Shown piece by piece: positions 47,153 to 60,941 of a stretch of DNA of 64,000 bases. The first letter of the stretch is position 1. The number at the start of each line of letters is the position of its first letter. Below the pieces are notes generated by a model, which was not told the origin of the DNA, did not search any database, and worked only from the letters and a program-made list of their open reading frames with translations. The DNA comes from Raja brachyura (taxonomy: Eukaryota): contig OY740814.1 of NCBI GenBank assembly GCA_963514005.1, positions 17,918,001-17,982,000 on the forward strand. The letters are read 5' to 3'. The translations under genes were made by a program, and so were the position numbers.

Positions 47153-47420
47153 TGGCAGCCACGGTGGCACAGTGGTAGAGTTGCTGCTTTACAGTGCTTG
47201 CAGCGTTATAGACCATGGTGCTGTCGGTACGGAGTTTGTATGTTCTCCTCATGACCACGTGGGTTTTCTCCGAGATCTTCAGTTCCCTCCCACGCTTCAA
47301 AGACATACAGGCTTGTAGGTTTGGTATAAGTGTAAATTGTCCCTAATGTGCGGGGTTCGTTGGTTGGTGTGGGCCGAAGGGCCTGTTTCCAGGCTGTATC
47401 TCTATATGAAAACTACACTA
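47153..47420 (+). mobile_element. V-SINE (HE1-like), preceded by a short Rex tail fragment at 47063-47125 (-)
   Basis: A box tggcacagtgg, V-domain, tail gggccgaagggcctgtttcc. Confidence 0.78.
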
Positions 47421-47834
47421 AAAGAAGGAAATGCCCGGAATTGTGAAGTGTAGATGAAGTCAATGGAAGGTAGGGCCGAGAGCCATTCATTACTCTTCAC
47501 TACATCTCTCTGCCCAAAATCTTTGATGTTATTATTTCATTTTCACCGTCATAATAAAAACTTTCCTAACCTTCCTAAACATGCTTCCAGCTGTCACCAC
47601 TGCTCCAACAGTTGCTTTGCCTCTATTTGTCCTATGAATTATTAGGGAAATTGTATTTGTTAAATGTGCTCTGTAAGTAGGAACCTACATTTTTTCTTTG
47701 TAATTTCGACTCCATTACAATTACATTGCAAGTCCCGGGTTTGCTTGAGAGGCCAGTGGGTCGCATCACCTGCAGAAAGGTGTTAGAAAAGTCTACCTTG
47801 AAATGGGAAGCAGTTTAATTCATTACATTTGGAA

Positions 47835-48100
47835 ATGTAGCATGGAAACAGCCCCTTCGGTCCACACCAACCATTGATCACATGATCCCATTTTTCTCAT
47901 CTACACCTTGTGCGCACTCAGGGCAATTTATAGACGCCCTTTAACCTACAAAGTTTGGGATAAGGGAGAAAACCAGAGGACCCAAGGAAAACCCACGTGG
48001 TCACAAGGAGAATGGCAGACTCTACACGGGCAACACTCGAGATCAGGATCAAACCTGGGTCTCTGTGGTGAGAGGCAGCAGCTGTACCACTGTATTAGCC
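47835..48100 (-). mobile_element. V-SINE, degenerate
   Basis: Reverse V-domain aaaacccacgtggtcacaaggagaatggcagactctacac. Confidence 0.7.
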
Positions 48101-50349
48101 ATCTTCTGGTCGATGTGATGTCCTTTCTATTAATTTATTGTTTGTGCTTATCGGAGACTTTTGCAATATTAATTGAGAAACATACAATTAATACAAGGTG
48201 TCATGCGTCCATTTGCTTAAAACTAATCAAACAAGAATGTAGAATACTGTGTGTATCCAAGCTTCTGCGGTCAGCTTTATCTTGCCAATCAACTAAGCTG
48301 ACAATATAACTAAACCGTTATTTTTAAATATGCCACGGAAGAGAGGCAGAATGATTGAACAATTAATGGAAACTAAAATTACTACTCCTAATCCATATAT
48401 ACTGTATCATATATAAAGCTAACATAAGGCACTTATTTCTTTGAACGAGTACATTTGTCACTTCATAGCTATTTATATTTTCTTACTTGTTGCTAAATGT
48501 ATCTTTTTAAATAGGGAGATGTGTCACATATGCTTCCCCTCACAATACTGTTGGACAGGGCAAATTAATAGTGAGTCCCAGCTGCTCGACAGCGGCTCCA
48601 GTGAAAGCACAGACAATACCAACAGGTATGATTCTGGATCGTATATCAGTGGCCTTTGTTGCTTCTGACAATGATGCCCAGGCTGCATACTGGAGTGGGC
48701 AAATTGCTCTGTGGATCCTGAGAGTTATAGACATGTTGAGGTTGGGGATGAGTAAAGGGTAAGTGGAAGGCTGGGTAGAAATGATCATTTCTTTCACTGG
48801 TGCAGACAATAAAGAACCTTGTATGAAAAATCTGTTGAATTTTAATTACATTACTGTTTGGTACAGAGAACACATCATTTCACCTAATGGATTGAAGGCA
48901 GTGCTTCTGCTGCATGCAAGCCTTCTCCTGTACTTCATACGACCTATTTCTTTCATCCTTTTGGGTTTACCAACTTCTCCTTAAAGGCATCAGTGCTATT
49001 CACCTTTACTATTCCTTGTGGTACTCTCTTCTCCTATGTCATGAAAAGTTCAGCAGGGTCTCAGATGAACATTCAGCTGAGAAGGAGGAAGTAAAATCAG
49101 GCACGGTCTTTCTAATATTTACTCGGGGGATGAATTAAGTTGCATATATTGCCCGTGGGTAGTTTGAAGAATCCTGTTTTTTTTTCCATTGAATCATTAG
49201 TAGTAGTGCTGTGGACACTTAAAAAAAAAAAACCCCAACTATTGTGTGTAGCAAGGTCGGTGTGTAAATCAGCCTTTTACTTTCCAGAGAAATGCCTATC
49301 CTTACTTTATCTTTCCCTACAGCAAAAAAATATTGTACTGCGAAGTTGCAGGTGGATTTCCACCCAGCACAAAAAGAGGGGATGGGTGGGGAGGGGTTGG
49401 GGGTGGTTAGTGAGGCTGGGGGTGTAAGGAGCAGAATTATATGCTTCTAAGAACTCTGTGGACAAAAATTCAGTTATAAAAGTGTGTTCAGAACCAGTTT
49501 TGGAAGAACATTTACTGGCTTTATTTTTATAGCGACAATATTAGAAGAACTTTTAAAAAATGACAGGCTTCTTATCATTTGGATTATGCTAGAATGCCAA
49601 GGGAACTATCAGAATATCCAATAAACTCAAACCATACTAACACGAGGATAAATAAGTTTCTTAATTTAACCCAAAATATGGCCGATATACAACTAGTCCA
49701 TTATTAGTTTGACAATAGAAACAGGATAATAATGTTTACAGTGGTATCTCACATGCAGAAATGATTCCCAATTAGGCTCACTGCTTTTACAGTACTTCTT
49801 CTTTAATTGGTCATTTTTAAGGATCTGAGGCCAGTGTTTGTTGCCCTTGAGAAGGCAGTGACAAACTGCTTTTGCAAACTGTTGCAGTCCTTCTGATGAA
49901 GGTGGTCCTGTATTGCTGATGGATAGGGTGTTCTGGGATTTGGATCAAATAAAGACCAGCGATATATTTCTAGATAAGAGTAGTATATGAATATGGACAT
50001 TTCTGTTCATTTATGAGTAGTATATGGAGGAGAACCGCAGGCAGATATGTTCCCATGCTCTTGCATCCTTTGTATTTCTTGGTGGTAGAGGTTGCAGGTT
50101 TGGGAAGGGCTGTCAGAGTAGACGTGGTGGTGTTACATACTTTTACAGACTGCAACCTCTGTGATGGAGGGAATTAATGTTTAGGGTGGTTGATGGGGTG
50201 CTAATCTTACATTTGAACAGGATGTAATTAACTATGTGATCAGGATTAAGAGGAAAATCAGCTTTAGTCTACACAGTAAATTGCATCCTGTGCATCTATA
50301 AGGATATAGCTGAGGTATAGCCTCAGGATTTGCCTACAAGACACTCTTG

Positions 50350-52340
50350 TGGCTGCTCACTGTTTCAATCATGACAGAAAGAACGGACACTTGGATATGA
50401 TAGCAAAGGAGGACAATTGGCAACAGAGGCTGAACCTTGAGGAGAGGAGGTAAGATGAACCAGCTGCCAAAGAGAATGGACCAGAGAATTGTACAAATTG
50501 TAGAATACATCAGACAATGAACCAGAAATTGACAAAAGGGAAAACAGAACTTGAGAGAATAATAGACCAAGGACGTAGTATCGAAAGATGATCAGCAAAT
50601 GCCCCTTTGCAGGAATTAGAACAGGGAATTGGGAATTGACATAGATATTAAATAAATTCTTTTGCATCAGCCTTAACAATGGAGGATATAGATACCATTT
50701 GGAAAATAGTGTGGAACAGAGAACCTAGTGAGAATGAGCACATTGGAAAAATTAATTAATACCACTGAAGAAAGTAATGGGACTATAAAGCTGATAATGC
50801 CCATGGATGGAATGGAGGGTGGAGCGGTGGGGGGTGGGGAGGGAGCGGAGGCGTACTATTCTATGTCTTTTGTTTTCAAAGAGATGGTTACAGAAATGGT
50901 GGATGTCTCTGGTGGATTTCCATCCAATGGAATTCCCTGTATTTTGGAATGATCCCTCTGAATAAAAGGGCAGCAAATGTAACACAAATATTCCAGAGTG
51001 GAATGGCTGTGACAGAGATCTTGGTTGGAGAAATGATGGAATTATGTTTTAATAGACATAATCACAAGGCGTGAGGTTTGTGTGGATTTATGAAAGGGGA
51101 ATGGCCGTTTGTGTTGCATGTGGGAAGCAGATTAGAGATGGGCCGGGGGGGGGGGGGGGGAAGGAGGTGGGGCTTGAAATGGACATAGTATTTTTTTCAA
51201 TCTTGAGCAATATTTTTGAAAAATGCTGCTTGAAGTCAATATTTAATATTAAGCCTTGTGCTTCAGGGTAATAGATTAGCATTGATTGAGATCACGTTAA
51301 ACAACAGAAAATAGAGTAGTAATAATTGAGTAACTGACATAACTAGAGGGAAACTGCGAATTGCATTTCTTGGGCCTCCACTGATTACAGTTATATCAAT
51401 AACCTGAGGGGCTCAAATGAAAAGAATCTGTTTGCTAAGTCGCTCAGATTGGTGGGAAGGTCAGCTGTGAGGAAGATATAAAAATGTGGTAAAGAGACAG
51501 ACAGATTTTATAAAGACGTAGGAACATAGCAGATGTAGTAGAATGTGGAGAAATGTGGTTATCGAACTTGCCAGGAAAGATAGAAATAGATATGAGTATT
51601 GAGGGATATGTACACAAATCTTAGAAATGACTGGCATGGAGGGGAGAGGAGGTGAGTGGTTAGGCTAAAGGGGATAAACACGCCGGCTGGACAATGATGG
51701 AAACCACCTCAAGCTCATGGAAGCTTCCATGCAAACAAAACCCATGACTGATATGATGAGTTTGATTTCTCCACTCAATTTTCTATCTGGAATCGTAACT
51801 GCAAGCACGACAAGTATTTAGGAAGGTAATTGGGAAGTTTGTTTTTATTAAAAGTCACAGGTGAGAGTAGTCTTAATTCAGTTATGTGGGTAGGATATTA
51901 ATATATCACACTGGAACCTTGTGTGGACTTTTGTGTTCCCATCCAAAAAAGGATATATTTGTTTTCTAAATGGTACAACAAAGGTTCATTTGGTGTTTGT
52001 CACAGTGGAGGATGGTAGGGTGGGCGAAGGGGGAGTGGGTGGAAGGGATTTTACTGTATTGAGAGACAGTAGATTGGGTCCATGTTCTTTAGATGTAGAA
52101 GAATGAGAGGTGATTTCTCGCAACATATAAAATTAAAATGCTTCACACGGTAGATGCCTGGAGGATATTCCCCCTACCTAAAGTGCCAAAAATGTGCAGT
52201 TATTCTTAGTAAAAAGAAATAGGATGCGGTAATATCCTTGAACTCAAAGGGTGACAAAAGTGTGAAAGGCGAGTCAACTCAGGATGGAGGTTGGTAGATT
52301 CTCAAAAATAAAGGGGTTTAAGCATCTGGAAATTATATGA
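50350..52340 (+). mobile_element. Highly degenerate CR1 ORF2
   Basis: KEMVTEMVD, AANVTQIF, MDIVF and SLDVEE-RGD remnants in collinear order. Confidence 0.55.
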
Positions 52341-52561
52341 AAAGGTGGATTTAAGGTTTTAATAACGAATGTTAGTTTCTATTTCTTCCATTGTACAGAA
52401 TTTAAAAAAAAGCTAAGGCTATGTTAACACATCTACTGTGATGTTTTTCTGCCAGAGAAGTTATTTGCATTTTATGCACCTGGTCTCGAGCAGCATAAAA
52501 CTCTCCTTATTCTGCCTCAAAATTACTTCAGTGTAGCATATTATAACTTTGTTCTAGATTA

Positions 52562-52660
52562 GGACGGTACGGTGGCGCAGCAGTAGAGTCACTCCCTTAC
52601 AGCGCCAGAGACCCGGGTTCGATTCTGACTATGGGTGCTGTCTGTACGGAGTTTGTGCAT
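52562..52660 (+). mobile_element. 3'-truncated tRNA-headed V-SINE
   Basis: A box tggcgcagcag, B box ggttcgattc, then the start of the V-domain. Confidence 0.75.
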
Positions 52661-52775
52661 AAAATTGAAACATTAGTTTTACTGAGAAAACATTAATCAA
52701 ACTGAATTTAAGACCGTGATTTCATCTGCTAAATGGGACTGAATTTGAACCTGGATTCGGAGTGAAAGGTCCACA

Positions 52776-52863
52776 ACTTCAGGGCTAGTCCTATACCTAA
52801 TTAATCCTATACCTAACCAGTCCTATACCTAACCACTTCAGGACTAGTCCTACACCTAACTAA
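52776..52863. repeat. Short tandem repeat, core tcctatacctaa x4
   Basis: Directly visible. Confidence 0.8.
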
Positions 52864-53317
52864 TTGTTAGTACTTTTCCTTCAACTAAAATTCCACAGTA
52901 TATTTATGAAATAAGTTTCTTTATTTTCTATATAAGGACAAAATGAACCAAATATGGTTCATTGGCTCTCGCCTTCTTACAGAAAATAGTAAATTAAACT
53001 ATTTGTAAATATCCTGAAAATGCCATTAGTATAATGAGGATTAAAGTGTTTCTGCAGTTCAATCTTGCGATGTATTCCTAAGCCAGTATGCTTCATAGCT
53101 CCTCCTCTTTTACTGAAGGCACTCATTCACTCATTGTTGTTCCACAGGGACTGGATGCCATCAGCTACTTTGCCCAAGGTTTTGTGACCACGAATAATTT
53201 TGGACTGTTGCACCATGGGAAGCATCGCAGCCAATTCATTCACTATCCATACTTTCAGGATTGATTTTTGACAACGGGCAAATGTGCAGAACTTGTGCGG
53301 TTTTCCTCTTTGTCTGT

Positions 53318-53535
53318 GTAATTCTCTGCCTCAGAGGGCGGTGGAGGCCGGTTCTCTGGATACTTTCAAGAGAGAGCTGGATAGGGCTCTTAAAGATAGT
53401 GGAGTCAGGGGATATGGGGAGAAGGCAGGAATGGGGTACTGATTGGGGATGATCAGCCATGATCACATTGAATGGTGATGCTGGCTCGAAGGGCTGAATA
53501 GCCTACTCCTGCACCTATTGTCTATTGTCTATTGT
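53318..53535 (+). mobile_element. CR1 3' end, same young family as 13175-13735
   Basis: Near-identical to 13520-13735, including the (ctattgt)n tail. Confidence 0.9.
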
Positions 53536-55184
53536 CACAGAAAGGTTAAGAAAAGCTGCATGCACCTTTGAGATTACCGGCCAGATCAGCCAATCCTTTT
53601 TGCTCACTCAACTTATAACCAGCAGGGCCACATTCCAAAGACTTTGATCCTTAAAACCCAATAGAAGCATCTTTGGAAATAAGAAAAATGCATGTGATTA
53701 TAGGCGAAAGATTGTTTTATTATTTTGGCGTATATTTTAATCGTGAATTCTGGAAAGTAGTATTTTTGCATTTAGATCTCGGTGAATGTATTTTCCAATG
53801 AACACAGGACTTATATTTATTACATGCACTGCATTCAATGGCGAGCGAAGATCAGGAGATAAAGTATTGCGAATATGAACCAAAAGCAGCTATTTAGTAA
53901 TGAATTTGTGTTTTGTTTCTGGCACCAAGCACTTAAGTTGAAAAATGGCATCACTGCGGCCAACAGTGGTAGCATGCAGTATTTATTCAGGATGTTATCA
54001 ATTATAATTTATTTCTCCGTGCAGGAAAGGAGGAACTGCTACTAAAATATTACTTGGAAATTAGTCCCGTTTTAACAGATGGTCTTGTTTCTTTGACCTC
54101 TTAATATCCTTATAATGATGTCATTTACCATTCCATGCTCACCGAAGTCAGCCACCACTGGGTCTGTTATGGAAGGCCGGGCTGGGAGAATGTGATTGCT
54201 CAAAGCAGCATGTTTACTGGTTACGTTTTTGTAAATATGCCCAGCAGGAATTACTCCAGTGCATGTACAGTTTCTGCTCAGTCGAAAGTACGACAGGAAA
54301 TGGCCCTCTTGTGGATTGGGCAGTGATAGGAATGTTACAAATTAGAGAGATCCATTGTCCTGTATGTGAGTTAACTTCAAATCAGCTGGTCAAACTGTCT
54401 GTGCATTCTTGAGAACACAGCAGAGGGAAAACGATCATTCAGAATGGACAAAGTGACCGGACTTCTCACCCTTGCCAAATACCATCTATTTATTTCCTTT
54501 CTCATTGCTCCTTTCCTGACAATGAATGTCTCGAGGCTAGTCCGTCATGTTGAAAATCACCTCATGTCCTTGCCCAATGTTACATGTCCACACATGCATT
54601 GGTCGATTAATAGAAATCAGTGTGGTTTTCCCTCACACAAGACAGGGACATTGTGACTAATTGTAGCATTTGTAGCACAGATGATGTAAGGATTCTTAGT
54701 ACAAGTTATCTCACTTACCTATACTGTAAGATCATAATGACATGTGCCCTTCCACCTTTCAAGAGGTTGATGGCTAGTATTTTGGAACTATTCTGTAGAT
54801 ACTTGTTGTCTTTAGTGCATCATTCTGAGAGCTGTCATTATTTGCACCCAAGGTTATCTGGCCACAGAAAGTCAGAAATTCAGCATCACATTCCACAATG
54901 AAACCGAGGAAACTGGAGAGAGATGTTAGAGGAGGGGGGAGGTTGGCACAGGGGATTGGCAGGAACAGAATATTCAATCTTTTCATAATTGATAATTAAA
55001 CATTAGGTTTTGATTGGAAGATTTGCAACAAAAATTGAAAGTGATGTTGTTCCTCATGGCCCACAGGAGTTGCAGACATTACGACTGAGAAATTGACTCC
55101 CGCCATACAATGTTGTAGCACTAAATGTACTGAACAAGTTTGTGTGCTGGTTACAGTTGCGTAAATGTTGTACATACCACATTT

Positions 55185-56515
55185 GGTCAAAACCTCTTTG
55201 TACATGTACGATGTCACCATCTTCTGCTCAGATCCAGGGTCAGTCCGCAGATTAATCAGTTGACGGCAGGTGCCAGAGTTAACCGCAGGAAGAGCGAGGC
55301 TATGCTATTCGGCAACTGGCCGGACCAATCTTCCATCCCCTTCACCATCAAGTCTGACTTCTTGAAGGTGTTGGGGATCTGGTTCGGGTGGGGGTGGGGG
55401 CTGAGGCCCGTGACAAGAATAGGCTGGAGCATTTTTAGCAAAGGTTGGAAAAAAAAATTGAGTCTGTGGAAGCAGCATTCCCTCTTAATAATGGGGAAAA
55501 ATTTGGTCATCGGGTGGTTGGTGGTCTTGGGGCTGCTGTACTTGGCGCAGGTGTGGCCCGTCCCACACTCCTGTGCCTCGGTGATCATCCAGGTTGTCTT
55601 CCCGTTCATCTGGGGTTCAAAGATGGACCGGGTTATAGAGGTCACGATGCACGTCAGTAGACTTATGTGGCCCCCTGGGGTGATATCTCTTCCCTTGTTT
55701 GAGGGGCATCTCCACCAGACCCTGAACCCCACTGTGCGGCAGCAGAAAGACCCTAGACTCTGCTCCTCCCCCATAGAGCTGCACCATGCTTCATTCCGTC
55801 CCTCAGCACATACACCTGCAGTCTGGAATGGGCCAGTCAGCAACTGTCCCAGACATACAACTCGCTCTGCTGGTAGATCAAAACATTTCAGGCAGACCAA
55901 AAAGTGTCTTTCATCGAATTGATGACCTTCCAGCAGCACTTGATGTCCATCTCCGAATGTGACCCTAGGAACAGTCCGTAAATCGGAGAATCCTCTGTTA
56001 CGGAACTGTTTGTGATAAACTGTGACGAGGACTCTTGTGTCATTATCCAGACTCTCATCGCAAATCCATACTGACACCCTGAGGGCAGCGTGCACTGGTA
56101 GTAAGATTCTGATGGTGCGGGAAGGATCTGAGGGCCCCAGCTCTTGGTGCTTGTTGGTGAGTTCTAACGATGAGCCATTTTGCCAGACAAGCTGGGCAGT
56201 CTGCTCAGGGAACTACACCACAGGATCCATGGAGTCTTTTTTCTGTAGTGCCTGCAGGATGTTCCGTGCTGACCACTGCCTGATGGGATTGCGGTCAAAG
56301 ATGTTAGTTCAGGAGGAACCTTTCCACAAAAGACAGATGGTGCAGCAATGTCCAGTTAACTGCCATATTGTGCAGCAGCTGAGGCAGGTCCATCCTTCAC
56401 AATGCCATGGACAGATAAAACTGCAGCAGGTCACGGCTCAAGTACTTTGGCTTTACACACAGCCTGATGCAGCCACACATGAAGGTGGCCATCAGGATGA
56501 GGGTGTTGGGCACAT
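55185..56515. mobile_element. Tx1/L1-clade LINE, rearranged (+ at 55185-55652; - at 56515-55655)
   Basis: + strand: SLYMYDVTIFCSD..., GARVNRRKSE...FIWGSKMDRV. - strand: LILMATFMCGCIRLC...RQWSARNILQAL...CWKVINS...LAHSRLQVYVLRD. Confidence 0.75.
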
Positions 56516-56989
56516 CTTGTGGTTTCCAGTAGGTAGATCTGGTAGTAACCCGATAGGTGGAACCCTCATTTGGGCTGGCTTTGTTGGATCTAGGTGCTGC
56601 TCTGGCAGAGACCAGTTAATTCAATATTGGGATAATCTGGCCTATACTTCACTATTTTGAGACTATCTACAGTTTAAGGGATAAGTGCAAGGCTCATTTT
56701 TTACACAAAGAGTGTAGGTGCCTGGAACATACTGCCAGATTTGGTGGCAGGAGACATTGGATAGCACATTTAAGAGCCATTTATATAGTCATATATAGAA
56801 CAGGCAGGACATAAATGGGATATCGACCATGTGCAGGAAGATGGTAATTAGACTGGCATCATGTTGGTTATACCTGGTGGGGCAAAGGGCCTGTGCTTAC
56901 GTTCAATGTTCTATGCTCTGAGGCACAGTATCATATTTTAACTCAAAACCATTTATACTTATTACACTTACAACTGATGGAGTGTGATT

Positions 56990-57610
56990 GTTCGCTTGGC
57001 CTCAGCTGTGGTTCATTCCTCTGAATCGGGCTGTTGTGAGTTCATACCCATCTTGAGATATTAGAGCACAAAATTCAGATGTTTTCTTTAACATAATCTT
57101 TGGGACAGCTGATAGGCCCACTGCCTCACAGTACCAGACCTCGGGTGCTGTCCGTGTGGAATTTGTACATTCTGCCTGTGACTCCATGGGTTTCCTCCGG
57201 GTGCTCTGGTTTCCTCCCTCATCACAAAGATGCGCAGGCTTCTTGATTAAAAGGCTTCTGTAAATTGGACTTAGTGTTTAGTGAGTGCATCAAAAGTGGG
57301 ATAACACAGTACAAGTGTGAACGGATGTTTGGTGGTCAGTGTGGACTCGGTCAACTGAAAGGCCTGTTTTATTGCTATATCTTTCAATCAATTCAATCAA
57401 TCATTCAATGCTCCATTGACATGCAGAGGAAATATAACTGTCAGAGATGTTTTCACATGGATAGAGGTGTTTCTTCACAGCTCAATGAATGCAGATGAGT
57501 AGACATGTTTCCTGAATAAAAACAGTGAATGCTCTTCAAAGGCATTTCATTAGTTGTGTAGTGCTGTGTAGCATTAGGTTGTGGAAGGTGCTTGATAAAT
57601 GTAGATCTGT
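56990..57610 (+). mobile_element. Degenerate Deu-type SINE interrupted by a V-SINE (about 57120-57405)
   Basis: Head ctctgaatc...gagttcatacccat...gagcacaaaat. Tail cagtgaatgctcttcaaaggcatttcattagttg...gaaggtgcttgataaatgtag resembles the reverse complement of 14560-14625. Confidence 0.55.
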
Positions 57611-57626
57611 GATATTTTTCTTCCAG

Positions 57627-57809
57627 GTCTGGGCTACAGACTTAGACCTGGCCTACAGTAACCAGCTGGCCATGACACAACTGATGCTCTTCATTTCTCA
57701 TGGGAATCTGGCCTGTAAAGACAACATCTTTGAAGTGCCTCCAAAGCTGCAGGTGAAAAAAAGGAGACTCCGCAGGCACGAAGTGGCAAAAGAGGTGCAA
57801 ACGCAAACT
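57627..57809 (+). CDS. IQCH: IQCH internal coding exon (183 nt, phase 0 to 0)
   Basis: Acceptor ttcttccAG, donor GTaagt. Peptide VWATDLDLAYSNQLAMTQLMLFISHGNLAC...EVQTQT. Confidence 0.9.
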
Positions 57810-58095
57810 GTAAGTGTGCACGTTTTACAACAAGCAATCAAATTAGAAATTTGAAGCACCTCAACCATAAAATAATTTCATAACTGTTCCTCTCATTACA
57901 ATCAGAAATTAATTAGAAGTCATTACAGAGCACTTACATACTTTTGGATGTCAGCGGGGTTAAAAACAGAATATAGTAATTAATTAATGCTTGCGTGAGA
58001 AACCACTGCATTGGATACCTTATCAGGAACAAAATTGCCTGAAAGCATTCAGAATTAATACTGAAAAAGCCACGCACCCTAACTGTGGAAAAAAA

Positions 58096-58147
58096 AAACA
58101 TGCAATATCTATAAAGCTAAACATGCAATATCTATAAAGCTAAACAT
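58096..58147. repeat. Perfect 23-bp tandem duplication (aaacatgcaatatctataaagct x2)
   Basis: Directly visible. Confidence 0.9.
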
Positions 58148-59929
58148 TCATTATATTTGCAATACATTACCATCCACATAAATGCAGCTAAATAATCAAC
58201 ACATAAATAATTCATGATGCAATTCATTATGCATGCGTATGCATACATCATTGTTATAATGAGCACCTCATCAACTGCCAAATGTTAAACAATAGTACTC
58301 CATTATTGCAATGATATTCAAGTTTACGGTTGTTAAACTGCTGCTTGTATTATTCTGTCAAACATTAATTTAGTTGCAGTCCCATAGTACACACAACAGA
58401 TTTTGTAAGTTTCTCCTTTTACAGTTAATGATATGATCAATGAGTGTTATTAAATCTATGAATATTATAAACATGATTAATTTTCAATGAGATGTTTAAC
58501 ACCAAGTAGGAGAAGCACGTTTTCCTAGCTTCCACACTACCATCTCGATATTAGACTGCTGGCCACTCCGAGCAAGTATATTCAAACAGTAAAGCAACCT
58601 TTAATTACAAAAGATGTTTTGACATTAACTGCTTTGGTTCTTCACATCTTGATCGTCACAGTGAGGTGGGTCAGGAACAGAATGACATCAAGTTCCATTT
58701 CCTTTCTTTGCCCTCTATTTTTGATCTCACTTTCTGAAACTGCTGACTTCTCTCAGTCTCGGGTGTGAGGCTGGATTGGCAATAACCTGAGCAGGTTACA
58801 GCATGCTTTAGTGGCCATTCTGTTTGTATAAGCACAGAAATACGGTTTGACAGTTATTGCGCAGCCCATATCAGTGATTAGTATACAGAACCTTCCTGTG
58901 TAAGAATTCACTGGCTAACAACTCTAGCTGGCTTTACCCGTCCCTGCCCAAGAATATTAAGGCCAATACCACTACCCACTCTGTGGCCCTGGCTAAGGAC
59001 AAATTAATTCACGAAGGGATGGAGAAGGTTCACGGTTTAAACATACCAGATATTCCCCGGTTACTCTTCATAAGTAGACATGATTTATAATTCCATTAAA
59101 TTTAACAAAAAATCCTTAAACACCATTGGCAATTTGGTATTTCTTACACCAAATCTCCTCTATGTACAGCCTGGTCCTAAATAATTCACCCCCAACTCTC
59201 TTTATATGTATTATGTTGCCACAATTTTGAAAATATAATGATTTTATGGGGGTTTTTCTCATTATCATTTGTTTTAAATAATTTTTATTACACTTCCCCT
59301 TGAATTACTTCTGCATATCATACCAGCACAATCCATAATTAACTTTAAAAATAAATTTAATATCAAATTTTGAATGTGAAATAATGGTGTATCCATTTTC
59401 TCCCCATGACATCAGCCAGAAGGAACATCCCACAGGTGTGTCATACATTTCCTGTCATTTCCCTTGATGTTCAATTATTAATTTTTATTATTATTAAATT
59501 TTGTAGATATGAATTATAAGTTGGTTCTTCAAAAAAGAGCAATTCAGATGCAGCATAACTGAAAGAAAATTTAAATATTCACCAATGAGCCAGAAATTCT
59601 GGGGAGATTGAACTCTTGTGAGGCTACAAAATAGATTAACAGTACTTACGCACAGGAAGCAAGGGAAAGAGCAGTGGGTTAGATACTGTCATTTGGTTCA
59701 CCTGCCACTTGTATGATGGGATCTTCCAGCACATATTTCTACAATGGAATTGGACAAACAATACAAATCCTTTACCCAAGTATGATTCAGAAGTTAGGTT
59801 AGTTTATTTAACTAGGACAGCCTAATGCCTGTTTGAGGTTCCCTCTCCAGACTGACTTGCCATGGGGGACAGTATCCTGGAATCAGTTTCGAGAAGATGG
59901 GTTAGCTGAATATGGTACCAGTGGGTCTG

Positions 59930-60725
59930 TCCTCGCAGCTCCCGCATTAAAGAACCATCATGGTCATTCACACCATGCTCCCAACACTGAGCTCCTTGCC
60001 CTGACCCTGGACATCAGTGAGACCAAACTCAGACTCCTTGTGCGCTGTGCCAAGCACTTGCGCTCTGTCCACATTGGCCATTAAGAGCTTGTGGTTGCAA
60101 CACGTTATAATTCTTCTTCCCAATCCTGCATCGAACAATCCATCCTTAGCCTCGTCCACTGCCAGGCTGTTGCCAAACACAGATTAGAGAAAGAGCAGTT
60201 TTTATAACCTGATGGCATGAACATTGAATTCTCCAATTTCAAGTAATCTACTTCTCCTTTGCCCCTTTCTCTGGCCTTCTAATCTACCCAGGTTCTCTCA
60301 CATATACCCTGATTATCAACCCCACCTGCCAACCCCTATTAGACAGTTTATTTTTCTACCCCCGCCCACTTGTTCATCATCTAAATACTTCACCTGCCCT
60401 TCTTCCCTTATTTGGTTGCATGTTTCACGTTTCTTTCCTGTCAGATTCCGCCATCTGCAGCCCTTTGTAATCTCCACCTATCTTCTCCCAGCCTCTGTCA
60501 CCATCACCACCCTTTCCTCTCCCACCTGACCTGACTCCATGTACCAATCATCCCTTCCTCACCTAGATCCATCTGTCACTTGCCAGCTCTTGAAGCATGC
60601 CTCCCCCTCTTTATATTCTGGCTATAGTATTTCCCCCTCTACCCTTCAATGCTGATGAGGTGTCCTGACCCAAAACGTTGACTGTCCATTTCCATCCCTG
60701 CTTGACACACTGAGTTCCTCCAGCA
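59930..60725 (+). mobile_element. Degenerate Penelope-like element
   Basis: DISETKLRL..RCAKHLRSV; terminus ctgatgaggtgtcctgacccaaaacgtt. Confidence 0.65.
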
Positions 60726-60941
60726 AATAGGTTGGCGCCCTAGTCTTCCATGAGTTTTACTGAGCTTTGTTTTTAATAAATGTATTAAAAAGGCTTGTGT
60801 CATACTTTAATGAAATCATATCAACCAAAATATTTGATCGGCAGATGCACTTATCTGAGTTCCTCATTTAAGCTTAATAGGCCACAGTAGGGTTTCATGA
60901 TAATATATACATATCTGTACTAGATATTATTTGCCTTTCAG

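Noticed and set aside
52562-52630. tRNA-like A and B boxes
   Set aside because: No cloverleaf, and the sequence continues into a V-domain, so it is a SINE head rather than a tRNA gene.
55140-56660. ORFs of 260, 279 and 212 aa as host genes
   Set aside because: Explained by the Tx1 LINE fragment and its antisense frames.
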